This document shows, one piece after another, positions 28,238 through 37,931 of a DNA stretch of 64,000 nucleotides. Within the stretch, counting starts at the first letter, position 1. Each line of letters opens with the position of its first letter. Below the pieces are notes generated by a model that saw nothing but the letters and a program-made list of their open reading frames with translations, searched no databases and was not told the origin of the DNA. Location of the stretch: positions 640,001 through 704,000 of the forward strand of contig CAXXDN010000001.1 of assembly GCA_963667465.2 (NCBI GenBank), in the 5' to 3' direction. The position numbers and the translations under genes are program-made. The stretch is from Dehalococcoidia bacterium. GTDB lineage: Bacteria > Chloroflexota > Dehalococcoidia > UBA2979.

Positions 28238-29026
28238 ATGACGACTGCCTCAATGACGCACCAGGAGCTCACCATCGAGGTCGCAGGCGGCGAGGTGTTC
28301 GTTCGCACGGGCGGCAGCGGCGCCCCGCTCTTCGTGATCCATCACGACATCGGCGCGCACGCCTGGACGCCCTTCTACGAGCGCCTGGCGGAGCACTTTA
28401 CCGTCTACCTCCCGGACCTTCCCGGCTTCGGCAAGTCGCAGCGCCCGGAGTGGGCGCGCAACGTGCGCGACATCGTCGCGCTCGCCGGCCTGACGCTGGA
28501 CGAACTCGAACTGCCGAACGCGAGTGTCGTCGGTCTCGGCTTCGGGGGCTACGTCGCCGCCGAGCTGGCGACGACGGCCCAGGCGCGCATCAACAAGCTC
28601 ACGCTCGCCGGCGCGATGGGCGTCAAGCCCGAGCAGGGCGAGATCTTCGACCAGTTCCTCGTGAGCCACGAGGACTACGTGCGCCGCGGCTTCGCCAACG
28701 CGGGGTCGTTTGAGGATCACTTCGGCGAGGAGTCAGACATCGAGCAGTTGATGGTCTGGGACATCAACCGCGAGATGACGACGCGCGTCGGCTGGAAGCC
28801 GTACATGCACAACATGGCGCTGCCCTACCTGCTCCCCAGCGTGCACACACCGACGTTGCTGGTCTGGGGCAGCGCGGACACGATCGTCCCGGCGAACAGC
28901 GGCGCGCTCTACTCTGAGAAGCTGCCCGACGCCCGCCTCGAGATCATCGAGGGTGCGGGCCACTGGCTCGAGCTCGATCGCCCGGACGATCTCGCCCGCC
29001 TGATCGTGGAGCACGAAGGCCGCTAA
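28238..29026 (+). CDS. Alpha/beta hydrolase-fold protein lacking the canonical Ser nucleophile
   Basis: HHDIG, PDLPGFG, GLGFGG in place of GxSxG, WGSAD, AGH. Confidence 0.8.
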   Translation: MTTASMTHQELTIEVAGGEVFVRTGGSGAPLFVIHHDIGAHAWTPFYERLAEHFTVYLPDLPGFGKSQRPEWARNVRDIVALAGLTLDELELPNASVVGLGFGGYVAAELATTAQARINKLTLAGAMGVKPEQGEIFDQFLVSHEDYVRRGFANAGSFEDHFGEESDIEQLMVWDINREMTTRVGWKPYMHNMALPYLLPSVHTPTLLVWGSADTIVPANSGALYSEKLPDARLEIIEGAGHWLELDRPDDLARLIVEHEGR

Positions 29027-29052
29027 CCCGTCCCGTCCGGTCCCGTCCCGGA

Positions 29053-29515
29053 GAGCGCGCTGCGCGCGCGCTCGGCCCGCCCACCCGCCCTCAATGGATG
29101 CGGGGCTACGCCCCGCGCCCCCTTCGTGGGGGCGCAGCCCCCCACACCCCCTCGGAAGTACCGGGCCGCCCCCGAGCTGCCGAGGCGTCGGCCCCCTCGC
29201 CCCTTGCGGGAGAGGGCGGAGGGTGAGGGGGAGGCGCGCAGCGCCCCCTCCGATGCCCGCCGGGCGAGAGCCCATCGAGGGCGCACGAACCTTCCGAGGC
29301 GAGCAGCAGCGGGGCGTGGGGGCGCAGCCCCCCCAACAGAAAGAAGAATGAAGGGCGGGTGGGTGGGCCGAGCGCGCGCGCTGCGCGCGCGCTCGTCCGA
29401 CGTCCGCTGGGCAAGAGCCTCCGGCGGCGCAACAGCCCATCGCTGCTCGTAGCGGCGTCGGGCGAGGGGCCCTCACCCCCGCCCTCTCCCCGGGGAGCAG
29501 AGGCAGGGGGAGCCG
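29053..29515. repeat. Composite REP/BIME-like region bounded by 30-bp inverted repeats
   Basis: 29062-29091 and 29352-29381 are 29/30 inverted; internal GGGGCGCAGCCCC hairpins and CCCTCACCCC..CTCTCCC..GGGAGAGGG-type units; lies between convergent genes. Confidence 0.8.
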
Positions 29516-29536
29516 GTTGCGGCTGAAGACGCGCTC

Positions 29537-29914
29537 CTACGCGGTGGGCAGCGGTGAGGCGAAGCTCAGTTCGTGCCCGTCCGGGTCCGTGAGGTGGAAG
29601 AAGCGCTCGCCCCAGGGCGCGTCGCGCGGCGGCGCATGCGGCCTGTATCCGAGCTCCAGCGCCCGCTCGTAGAGCGCAGCGACGTCGTGCGCGTAGAAGA
29701 TCACGCGCCCCCACCAGCCGGGCGGCTCGCCCTGCGCGATCAGGTTCAGGTAGCCCTCGCCCACGGCGAAGCTGGTGAACCCGGCGCCGGGGCCGCCGTA
29801 GCGCATTTCGAACCCGAGCGAGGCGTAGAACTCCACGGATCGGGCCATGTCCGCGGTCGCCAGCGTGACTGCGCTGATCCGCTCGATCGACCCCTCAGAA
29901 GCTGGTTCGGGCAT
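29537..29914 (-). CDS. VOC/glyoxalase family protein
   Basis: SAVTLAT.DMARS..FY..LG, GRVIF, APWGERFFHLTDPDGHELSF. Confidence 0.88.
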   Translation of the reverse strand: MPEPASEGSIERISAVTLATADMARSVEFYASLGFEMRYGGPGAGFTSFAVGEGYLNLIAQGEPPGWWGRVIFYAHDVAALYERALELGYRPHAPPRDAPWGERFFHLTDPDGHELSFASPLPTA

Positions 29915-30056
29915 CCCGTCCGACCCTCTCGCAGGACGCGCGCGGCGCGACGCGCAGTCTAGCCTCGCGCGAGGTTGCGAGCCGCTTGCGCGAGAGCGTC
30001 CCGGGCGCGAACGTGATCATGGGAGATTTGAGCCGCCCGCGTCAGTGGGAAGCCCC

Positions 30057-30632
30057 GTGGAACTTGAGCTGTTCGTCCTGCCCGCCCTGATCTTCGGGGC
30101 CCGCATCGTGGACACCACGATCGGCACCGTGCGGATCGTGCTGCTCGTCGCCGGGTCGCGCTGGATCGCGGCGCTGCTCGGCTTCATCGAGGTGTGCATC
30201 TGGCTGGCCGCGACCGGCGGCGTGGTCGCGAACCTCGACGACCCGGAGCTAATCGTCGCCTACGCTGCGGGGTTCGCGGTGGGCGTGCTGCTTGGCGGCT
30301 GGCTCGAGGAGCGGATCGCGCTCGGCTACCGCGTGGTCCAGGTCATCAACAACGACCCGAAGATCAACATCGCCGCCCGGCTGCGCGAGCGCGGCTACCG
30401 CGTGACCCGCATCGAGGGCCACGGGATGGAGGGTCCGGTCGAGGTCTCGATGCTGCTGGTCCGCCGTCGCGGGCTGCGGCGCGTGCTGCGCATCATCCGC
30501 TGGCTCGCCCCGCGCGCCTTCGTCACGATCGAGCGCGCCGAGCGTCCGATCGGTTCGCTCGCCTCGCCGGAGCCCGGCCTGCTGCGCTTCCCGTGGTCGC
30601 CGCTCTTCCCGCTCGGCGGCGTCCGCAAGTAG
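30057..30632 (+). CDS. DUF5698/DUF2179 (UPF0316-like) membrane protein
   Basis: IFGARIVDTTIGTVR, GFIEV.IW, YAAGFAVG, EERIALG, LRERGYRVT..G.G.EG, PRAF. Confidence 0.85.
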   Translation: MELELFVLPALIFGARIVDTTIGTVRIVLLVAGSRWIAALLGFIEVCIWLAATGGVVANLDDPELIVAYAAGFAVGVLLGGWLEERIALGYRVVQVINNDPKINIAARLRERGYRVTRIEGHGMEGPVEVSMLLVRRRGLRRVLRIIRWLAPRAFVTIERAERPIGSLASPEPGLLRFPWSPLFPLGGVRK

Positions 30633-30641
30633 CTCCGGGCG

Positions 30642-30851
30642 CTACGAGGACGGCGCCCGCGGGGAGTTCTCGAAGCCGGCCGGGCGGTGCGTGCCGTCGC
30701 AGAACGGCTTGTTGTCCGAGTGGCCGCAGCGACAGAGCGCGACCGCGCTGCCCTCGAAGGGGAGCGCGTTGCCGTCCGCGTCCAGCACCTCGATGTCCGA
30801 GCCGCGGATCAGGTATGGTCCGTCGTCCCTCACCTGCACCTGGATCGCCAT
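30642..30851 (-). CDS. CDGSH iron-sulfur domain protein
   Basis: DGPY..ALCRCGHSDNKPFCDGTH. Confidence 0.93.
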   Translation of the reverse strand: MAIQVQVRDDGPYLIRGSDIEVLDADGNALPFEGSAVALCRCGHSDNKPFCDGTHRPAGFENSPRAPSS

Positions 30852-30889
30852 CTCGTCCTCCGTTCCTTGCCCCTGGAGGTCGCCCGGCC

Positions 30890-31375
30890 CTATTCGCCCG
30901 CCGGGGCTCCCTCGACTGCCACACCGGTCTCGACTGCCACACCGGTCTCGATCAGCTCGAGCACGCGCTCCCGCAGCGGCGGCTCATCGATCTTCACCGA
31001 CTTCACATCGTGCTCGTCCCAGCTGATCTTCGCCGCGCCGTGGAACTCCCTGGCGGCCTCGGAGACGAGCACTTCGCGCTCCTCCGCGTCCGGGATGCCA
31101 GCGGCCAGCTCGTCCCCGCAGAGCTCGCGGATGCGGTCGCAGAGCAGCTGGTGCTTCTCGATGTCGTACATCAGCTCGCCGATGACGCACTGGCCGTACT
31201 GCCAGACATCGAACTCCAGGCCCTCGCGCTCCCACTCCAGCATGCGCTTCGGCGGGACCGGGTAACGCTCCAGCTCGGAGCGGATCCAGATGTCCTCGGG
31301 GTCGCGGCCCTCGCGACGGAAGAGCAGCGAGACGCGCGCCATGCCGTCGCCCTTGTATTGAATCTCCGTGCGCAT
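30890..31375 (-). CDS. Hypothetical protein
   Basis: GGAGG RBS, host-like codon usage; no family recognised. Confidence 0.65.
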   Translation of the reverse strand: MRTEIQYKGDGMARVSLLFRREGRDPEDIWIRSELERYPVPPKRMLEWEREGLEFDVWQYGQCVIGELMYDIEKHQLLCDRIRELCGDELAAGIPDAEEREVLVSEAAREFHGAAKISWDEHDVKSVKIDEPPLRERVLELIETGVAVETGVAVEGAPAGE

Positions 31376-31523
31376 CACCGCACCTCCGGTCCGGCCGCGG
31401 CGCGCGCGCGCCCGGGGCCCGTCGCTCACTCTAGCACCCCGCGAGGGGTCGCCGGCGCGCTCCGGCGCCTCGGCGGCCGCGCTCGTGCGCCATGTATAGT
31501 GACGCCGCGCAAGGGGGGTTGCC

Positions 31524-32522
31524 ATGGCGCTCACGTTCTCGTTCACCACGCCGATCTACCTGAAGTTCTTCAACCCGGACTGGGTCAGCCCGGACTCGCT
31601 GGTCGAGCTGGCGCACATCGGCGAGGAGGTCGGTTACGACGAGATCGCCGTCTTCGACCACTTCCTCGAGCCGCCCGAGTGGCAGCCGTCCTACGCGACG
31701 AACAGCTACGACCCGATGCCGCTGCTCGGCTTCCTCGCGGCCCACACCAGCGAGATCGGCATCGCCTCCGCGACGATCAACATCCCCTACCGCCACCCCG
31801 CCGTGATGGCGAACGAGCTGGCGACGATCGACAAGCTCTCCGGTGGCCGCCTCTGCATCGGCCTCGCCGCCGGCTACCTCGCCGAGGAGTACGACACGCT
31901 CGCGCTGGACTTCGCGAATCGCGGCGCGATCGCCGACGAGTACCTCGCGGCGATGATCGAGCTGTGGACCAACGAGTACGCCTCCTTCTCCGGCGAGTAC
32001 GTGAACTTCAACGAGGTGAAGCTCGCCTCGTTCCCCGTCCAGCAGCCGCACCCGGAGGTCTGGATCCACGGCGGCAACCTGCGCGCGTTGCGGCGCGCGA
32101 TCAGCTACGGGACCGGCTGGGGCCCGATCGTCGGGCCCGGCCTCTCGACCGGCTCCGGCAGCACGGACTTCAAGATCGGCGCCACCGACGACGGCGGCAC
32201 GGACGACCCCTACGCCGAGCTCGTGCAGGCGCTGGACCAGGAGCACCCCGGCGTCCACGTGCCGCACTCCAGGACCTACACCTGGATGACCGAGGTGCTG
32301 GAGCGCGAGCGTGACGCAATCGAGGCGCGCGACGAGCCCCTCGGCCTGTGGCTCAACTTCCGCGTCGACAAGAGCACCGTCGGTGACGCCAACAGCCTGA
32401 TCGAGGAGCAGGTCGAGCGCGGCGCGACGAAGCTCAGCGTCGGCATCAACGCCGAGACGCTCGAGGATCACAACGCGACGCTGCGCGCCATCGGCGAGCA
32501 GGTCCTGCCCAACTGGCGCTGA
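31524..32522 (+). CDS. LLM-class (F420-type, Rv2161c-like) oxidoreductase
   Basis: EEVGYD...FDH, DP..LL.FLAAHT, PYRHP, TIDKLSGGR, PVQQPHPEVW. Confidence 0.87.
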   Translation: MALTFSFTTPIYLKFFNPDWVSPDSLVELAHIGEEVGYDEIAVFDHFLEPPEWQPSYATNSYDPMPLLGFLAAHTSEIGIASATINIPYRHPAVMANELATIDKLSGGRLCIGLAAGYLAEEYDTLALDFANRGAIADEYLAAMIELWTNEYASFSGEYVNFNEVKLASFPVQQPHPEVWIHGGNLRALRRAISYGTGWGPIVGPGLSTGSGSTDFKIGATDDGGTDDPYAELVQALDQEHPGVHVPHSRTYTWMTEVLERERDAIEARDEPLGLWLNFRVDKSTVGDANSLIEEQVERGATKLSVGINAETLEDHNATLRAIGEQVLPNWR

Positions 32523-32546
32523 CGACACCCCGCGCCGCTGACGCCC

Positions 32547-32575
32547 CGGAGGCCCGCTGCCAAGGCGGGTCTCCG
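32547..32575 (+). terminator. Hairpin after the LLM gene
   Basis: CGGAGGCCCGC-N7-GCGGGTCTCCG (one G-U pair). Confidence 0.4.
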
Positions 32576-32619
32576 CGCGTGATCGCCCGGCGACTCGCGA
32601 GGCCTCGAGGAGGCGTGCC

Positions 32620-33522
32620 GTGCTGAGCGTCTTCTTCGAGGTGGTGCTGCCGGTCATGCTCGTCGCCGCTGCCGGGGCGGTGGTCGGGCGCTGGCGAGCC
32701 GTACCCGCCGAGCCGCTCTCGGCGGTGGTCTTCCTCCTGTTCACCCCGGCGCTGGTCTACGACTCGCTGGCGAACTCGGACCTGGCGGCGGGGCTCTCGC
32801 TGCGCATCGCCGCCGTGGCGCTGATCGGCTACGTCGTTGGCTACGTCGCGGCGACCGCCTGGTCGCTGCTCGTGCGGCACGAACCGCCACAGCGCGCGGC
32901 GTTTGCGCTGGTCGTGACCTCGCTCAACACCGGCAACATGGGCATCGCCGTCGCGCTGCTCGCCTTCGACGAGATCGGCGTGCAGGTCGCGGTCCTGACC
33001 TGGGTGGTGCACGCCACGCTCATCACCTCGGCGGGGATCGTGATCGCCACGCTGCCGAGCGGTTCCTCGAGGCGGGCGCTGGTCAAGCCCTTCGCCTACC
33101 CGGCGCTCTACGCGGCAGTCCTCGGCTTCATCGCGAACGGTCTGGACGCCGAGCTGCCCGTCACGATCGAGGCCCCGATCGCTACGCTGGCGGATGCCGC
33201 CGTGCCGGCGATGCTGGTGGTGCTGGGGCTGCAGCTCGGGCGCGGGCTCGGCGACCTCGGCGAGCTGGCGGACTCCGCCGCGGCGTCCGTGCTGCGGCTG
33301 CTGCTCGGGCCGCTGGTCGCCCTCGGTGCGGCGCTGGCGCTGGGCCTGGAGGGCACGACCCGGGACGTGGTCATCGTGCTGGCCGGGATGCCGACGGCGG
33401 TAATCGCCACGATCGTGGCGACGGAGTTCGACGTGCGTCCGCAGTTCGTCACGCGCTCCGTGGTGACCTCGACGCTGGCGAGCGTGGCGACGCTGACGGT
33501 GCTGCTGACGCTGGTCGGGTAG
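32620..33522 (+). CDS. AEC (auxin efflux carrier) family transporter
   Basis: FTPAL, NTGNMG, P.LYA, PAMLVVLGLQL, RLLLGP, GMPTAV, STL.S..TL. Confidence 0.9.
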   Translation: MLSVFFEVVLPVMLVAAAGAVVGRWRAVPAEPLSAVVFLLFTPALVYDSLANSDLAAGLSLRIAAVALIGYVVGYVAATAWSLLVRHEPPQRAAFALVVTSLNTGNMGIAVALLAFDEIGVQVAVLTWVVHATLITSAGIVIATLPSGSSRRALVKPFAYPALYAAVLGFIANGLDAELPVTIEAPIATLADAAVPAMLVVLGLQLGRGLGDLGELADSAAASVLRLLLGPLVALGAALALGLEGTTRDVVIVLAGMPTAVIATIVATEFDVRPQFVTRSVVTSTLASVATLTVLLTLVG

Positions 33523-33528
33523 GGCGTG

Positions 33529-33664
33529 GTCGCAAGGCGTCGTGTCAATTTGCTATCAGAGTCGCATAGATTGATAGCAAATTGAGGGTTGCTTGCGACG
33601 AATGCGAGCTTCACCAGCTTGTGATAGCTTTATATCAAGCCGAGAGAAACTGATAGCAAATTGA
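33529..33664 (+). promoter_or_regulatory. AT-rich operator region upstream of the Fic gene
   Basis: Perfect 14-bp inverted repeat TCAATTTGCTATCA(33545)-N13-TGATAGCAAATTGA(33572); third identical half-site at 33651-33664. Confidence 0.75.
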
Positions 33665-33674
33665 GAGTTGCACT

Positions 33675-35039
33675 GTGAAGATCCCACAGCGCCCGCCGCC
33701 GCTGGAGCAGCTCATCGAGGATCTTGGTGGTGATCCGGAGTTCATGTGGGGTGTCATCGCGACGAGCCGCCCCGTCGATGACAGGGGTCGCTACTTGCAC
33801 TGGGACCAACTGCGCAGGCGCACCCCTCCAGAGGGGTTGACCCACGAGGCGTGGTGGCTCGGCATGTCGATGGCGCGCCGGGGGGTCGCCCGGACGCTCC
33901 CGCTATCCGATGTCGACCACCGGCCGTTCCACTTCAGCAACATCGACCAGATCCAGGAACTGGTCCACCGCATCGACCAGCAGGCAAGCGGTCAGATCGT
34001 CGCGGGGGAAGTGGTAACGAGCCTCCAGGCGAGCGATCGTTACCTCGTGAGTTCCCTCCACGAGGAAGCCATCGCGTCCAGCCAACTTGAGGGCGCCAGT
34101 ACGACGCGACGCGTTGCCAAGGAGATGCTGCGGACCGGTCGGCGGCCCCGCGATCGCAGCGAGCAGATGATCCTCAACAACTTCGAGGTGCTCCGGGCGG
34201 CGGCAGCTTTGGCAGAGGCCGACAATCCCCTGACGCCTCGCGATGTCCTCGATCTGCAGCGCACCGCCATGGTTGAGACGCTCGAAGATGAGCGCGACGC
34301 CGGCAGGTTTCAACGTCCCGAGGACAAGCGCGTCGTCGTCGAGTGGAATGACGGGACAATCATCCATCGTCCGCCTCCCGCTGGCGATCTTCCCGCGCGC
34401 CTCGATCAGCTGTGCGAGTTTGCCAACGGACTCAGCGGTGAGGGGTTCATTCACCCGGTCGTGCGCGCAATCGTTCTGCACTTTGCGCTCGCCTACGACC
34501 ACCCCTTCGCCGACGGCAACGGACGCACGGCGCGCGCCCTCTTCTACTGGTCGATGCTGCGCTCCGGATACTGGCTGACACAGTACCTCACGATCTCCAG
34601 CATCCTCCGCGGGGCGCCAGCGCAGTACGCGAGATCGTATCTGCATGTCGAAACGGACGGCGGCGACTTGACGTACTTCGTGCTCTACCAACTCGAGGTC
34701 ATCGAGCGCGCGCTCAAGGGCCTCGACGAGTACCTGAAGCGGAAGATGGCGGAGCAGCGGCGAGCCGAGCGAATATTGCGAGACAGCCGACTCCTCAACC
34801 ACCGTCAGATCGCGCTCGTGAGCGACGCTATGCGCGATCCGGACGCGTGGTTCACGATCCAGGAGCAAGCGCGGCGGCACCGCGTTACCTATGCCACGGC
34901 CCGCTCTGACCTGCTGGGGCTCGAGGAGCAAGGTCTCTTCAGCAAGACCCGCATCGGCAAGAAGTTTGTCTTCCGGCCCAGTGCCGATCTCACCGAGAGG
35001 TTCAGCGGATCTCGCACCCGGCTGGGAGCGCACAGATGA
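33675..35039 (+). CDS. Class II Fic protein (AMPylase) with C-terminal winged HTH
   Basis: HPFADGNGRTAR catalytic motif; SSQLEG inhibitory motif; NHRQ...TYATARSDLLGL. Confidence 0.92.
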   Translation: MKIPQRPPPLEQLIEDLGGDPEFMWGVIATSRPVDDRGRYLHWDQLRRRTPPEGLTHEAWWLGMSMARRGVARTLPLSDVDHRPFHFSNIDQIQELVHRIDQQASGQIVAGEVVTSLQASDRYLVSSLHEEAIASSQLEGASTTRRVAKEMLRTGRRPRDRSEQMILNNFEVLRAAAALAEADNPLTPRDVLDLQRTAMVETLEDERDAGRFQRPEDKRVVVEWNDGTIIHRPPPAGDLPARLDQLCEFANGLSGEGFIHPVVRAIVLHFALAYDHPFADGNGRTARALFYWSMLRSGYWLTQYLTISSILRGAPAQYARSYLHVETDGGDLTYFVLYQLEVIERALKGLDEYLKRKMAEQRRAERILRDSRLLNHRQIALVSDAMRDPDAWFTIQEQARRHRVTYATARSDLLGLEEQGLFSKTRIGKKFVFRPSADLTERFSGSRTRLGAHR

Positions 35040-36241
35040 CGGCTCCGCTGGCGGGCATTCGCGTGATCGAGGCGGCGACGTGGCTGGCGGCGCCCTCGGC
35101 GGCGGCGCTGCTGGCCGATCTCGGCGCTGACGTGATCAAGATCGAGCCGCCGGGCGGCGACCCCTGGCGGCATTTCGATCCGAGCTCGATGGGCTTCGAG
35201 GAGCCCTCGGCGATCCAGTACGGCTTCGAGTTCGACAACCGCGGCAAGCGCTCGATCGCCATCGACCTGCGGCAGGCCGGCGCGCCGGAGCTGGTGCGGC
35301 GGCTCTGCGAGGGCGCCGACGTCTTCGTCACCAACCTGATGCAGCGCGAGCGCTGGGGCATCGACGCGGCGACGCTGCGCGCCGCCAACCCGGCGCTGAT
35401 CCACGCCGCCGTCAGCGGCTACGGCGAGCAGGGCCCCGCCGCCGACCGCGAGGGCTTCGACTACGCCGCGTTCTGGGCCAGCTCCGGCATCATGGGTCTC
35501 AGCGGCGAACCCTCCTCGCCGCCGCCGTTCTGCCGCACGGGCCAGGGCGACCACGCCACCGCGCTCAACCTGCTCAGCGCGATCCTCGTCGCGCTGCGCC
35601 TGCGCGACCAGAGCGGCGAGGGCCAGAGCGTCGAGGTCAACCTGCTGCAGACCGGGCTGTGGACGATCGGCGCCGACGTGGCCGTCGCCGCCGTCAGCGG
35701 CGAGCAGCCCCGCCGCTACGACCGCTCGCAGCCATGGAACCCGATCCGCAACTCCTATCAGACCCGCGACGGCCGCTGGCTGCTGCTCGGTATGACCCAG
35801 GCTGATCGCTTCTGGCCCCGCTTCGTCGCCATGATCGGCGAGCCCGCGTGGGCGCTCGATCCGCGCTTCGCGAACCTCGAGGGCCGCAAGCGGCACGCCG
35901 CCGAGCTGCGCCAGCGGATCGAGGAACTGATCGCCTCGGCCGACCTCGCCGAGTGGGCACGGCGGCTGGACGAGGCGGAGCTTGTCTGGGCGCCCGTCGC
36001 GACCCTGCCGGAGGCGCTGGCCGACCCGCAGGTGGAGGCGAACGGCATGCTCGAGGAGGTCCAGCACCCGGAAGCCGGCGCCTTCCGCACGCTGGCCGCG
36101 CCGTTCCACATCAGCGGCGCGCAGACCGGGGTGCGCGGACCGGCGCCCGCGCCCGGCGAGCACACCAGCGAGGTGCTGGACGAGATCGGCCTCGGCGACG
36201 ACGAGATCGCGGGCCTCGCGGCGTCCGGCGTCTTCGGGTAG
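35036..36241 (+). CDS. Class III CoA-transferase (CaiB/BaiF)
   Basis: PLAGIRV, LADLGADVIKIEPPGGD, NRGKRSI, GFD, GQGDHAT, GEHT.EVL. Confidence 0.92.
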   Translation: MTAPLAGIRVIEAATWLAAPSAAALLADLGADVIKIEPPGGDPWRHFDPSSMGFEEPSAIQYGFEFDNRGKRSIAIDLRQAGAPELVRRLCEGADVFVTNLMQRERWGIDAATLRAANPALIHAAVSGYGEQGPAADREGFDYAAFWASSGIMGLSGEPSSPPPFCRTGQGDHATALNLLSAILVALRLRDQSGEGQSVEVNLLQTGLWTIGADVAVAAVSGEQPRRYDRSQPWNPIRNSYQTRDGRWLLLGMTQADRFWPRFVAMIGEPAWALDPRFANLEGRKRHAAELRQRIEELIASADLAEWARRLDEAELVWAPVATLPEALADPQVEANGMLEEVQHPEAGAFRTLAAPFHISGAQTGVRGPAPAPGEHTSEVLDEIGLGDDEIAGLAASGVFG

Positions 36242-36286
36242 CGTGCGCCTGTCGGCGTCGCACGCGGGCGCGCGAGGAGGCTCCTG

Positions 36287-37015
36287 ATGGCCATGCAGCC
36301 GCTGCGCCGCATCGAGGCGTTCTACCCGCCGGAGCAGCTTGTGACGGCCACGCAGGGGCGCCGCCTCGGCGGCTGGGCGCTGGACCTGATCGCGATCGTG
36401 GCGACGTTCGGCGTCGGCTGGCTGATCTGGTTCCTGATCGTGGCCCAGCGGGGGCAGACGCCGGGCAAACAGATGCTCGGCATGTACATCATGCGCGAGG
36501 ACGGCAGCCGCGCCGGCGGCTGGTTCACGATCCTGCGCGAGATCGTCGTCAAGACGCTGTTCTCGATCGTGATCTCCGTGATCAGCGGGGTCACCAATGG
36601 CCTCGGCAGCCTGCTCTGGCTGCCCGCCGCCCTGTGGTGCACGTGGGATCGCGAGCGCCAGTGCCTCTGGGACAAGGTCGCCAACACCTACGTCGCGCAC
36701 TCGCCCGAGGGCTACCGCCCGCCGACCGCGGCGGAGCTGCGGATGCAGGGCGAGGAGCCGCCCGCGACGGCGGGCCGCACGACGGCCTCGCCCGCCTCGC
36801 CGTCCGGCCTCATGGACTACCCGCGCGCACGCCCCGGGCTCGAGGAAGACCCGCTGGAGCGTGACATGAGCGCAGAGGCCCTGGCCTCCACGCCCACGAC
36901 CCGCGAGAGCAGCGCCGCCGATCGCCTGCGCGAGCTGCAGCGCCTCCGCGACGAGGGCCTGATCACCCCCGAGCAGTACGAGGAGCGCCGCGCTGCCATC
37001 CTCGAGGATCTGTAG
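36287..37015 (+). CDS. RDD-family membrane protein with C-terminal SHOCT-like domain
   Basis: RRLGG..LD, GQTPGK, RQCLWDKVANTYV; LRELQRLRDEGLIT.EQYEERRA.IL. Confidence 0.85.
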   Translation: MAMQPLRRIEAFYPPEQLVTATQGRRLGGWALDLIAIVATFGVGWLIWFLIVAQRGQTPGKQMLGMYIMREDGSRAGGWFTILREIVVKTLFSIVISVISGVTNGLGSLLWLPAALWCTWDRERQCLWDKVANTYVAHSPEGYRPPTAAELRMQGEEPPATAGRTTASPASPSGLMDYPRARPGLEEDPLERDMSAEALASTPTTRESSAADRLRELQRLRDEGLITPEQYEERRAAILEDL

Positions 37016-37116
37016 CAACGAGTTGTAGCCCTCGCCCCCCACCCCGTCGCCACCCCTCCTCCCGTGGCGTAGCCTGCGCCCGGCGCAGCCGCGTCGCGTG
37101 CGAGAGGGAGGCCGCC

Positions 37117-37854
37117 ATGGGCAGGCTCGAGGGCAAGACCGCGCTGATCACCGGCGGCGCGCGGGGGCAAGGCGCCGCCGAGGCCGCACTGTTCGCCGAG
37201 GAGGGCGCGAACGTCGTACTCACCGACGTGCTCGACGCGGACGGCGAGCGGACGGCCGATACCGTCGGCGGCACCTTCCTGCACCACGACGTGACCAGCG
37301 AGGACGAGTGGGCGGCCGTCGTCGCGCGCGCCGTCGAGCTGCACGGCGGCATCGACATCCTGGTGAACAACGCCGGGATCTACATCGAGAACTCGCTCGT
37401 CGGCAGCGAACTTGACGAGTACCGGCGCGTGATAGAGGTCAACCAGATCGGCGTCTACCTCGGGATGCGCGAGGTCGTGCCGGTGCTGATCGAGCGCGGA
37501 GGCGGCTCGATCGTGAACATCTCTTCCACCGCTGGCCTGCAGGGCGCCCCCGGCTCGTTCGCCTACTCCGCGAGCAAGTGGGCGGTGCGCGGCATGACGA
37601 AGTCGGCGGCGGTGCGACTCGGCCCGCACGGCGTCCGTGTGAACTCGATCCATCCGGGCGCGGTCGACACGCCGATGATTGCCGATACGCGGATGGCCGA
37701 TCCCGCCAACCGCGAGGTGTTGCTGGGCGTGATTCCGCTGGGCCGGATGGCGCAACCCGAGGAGGTGGCGCGGCTCGCGCTGTTCCTCGCCTCGGACGAG
37801 AGTTCCTACAGCACCGGCTCTGAGTTCGTGATCGACGGCGGCCTGACGGCCTGA
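37117..37854 (+). CDS. SDR (3alpha,20beta-hydroxysteroid dehydrogenase-like), tandem copy 1
   Basis: TGGARGQG, NNAG, YSASKWAVRGMTKS, VNSIHPG, TGSEFVIDGG. Confidence 0.92.
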   Translation: MGRLEGKTALITGGARGQGAAEAALFAEEGANVVLTDVLDADGERTADTVGGTFLHHDVTSEDEWAAVVARAVELHGGIDILVNNAGIYIENSLVGSELDEYRRVIEVNQIGVYLGMREVVPVLIERGGGSIVNISSTAGLQGAPGSFAYSASKWAVRGMTKSAAVRLGPHGVRVNSIHPGAVDTPMIADTRMADPANREVLLGVIPLGRMAQPEEVARLALFLASDESSYSTGSEFVIDGGLTA

Positions 37855-37931
37855 CGCGCGCTCGCGGGCAGCCGGACGCCTCGCGTAGCCTGCGCCCCGG
37901 CGCGTAGACGCCGCGCGAGGGGGAGGCAGCT

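Noticed and set aside
29023-29714. Several short ORFs across the 29.0-29.5 kb repeat region (likewise 40.7-41.1 kb and 56.8-57.1 kb)
   Set aside because: Translations are G/P/R-rich read-throughs of palindromic repeats, with no RBS or family motif
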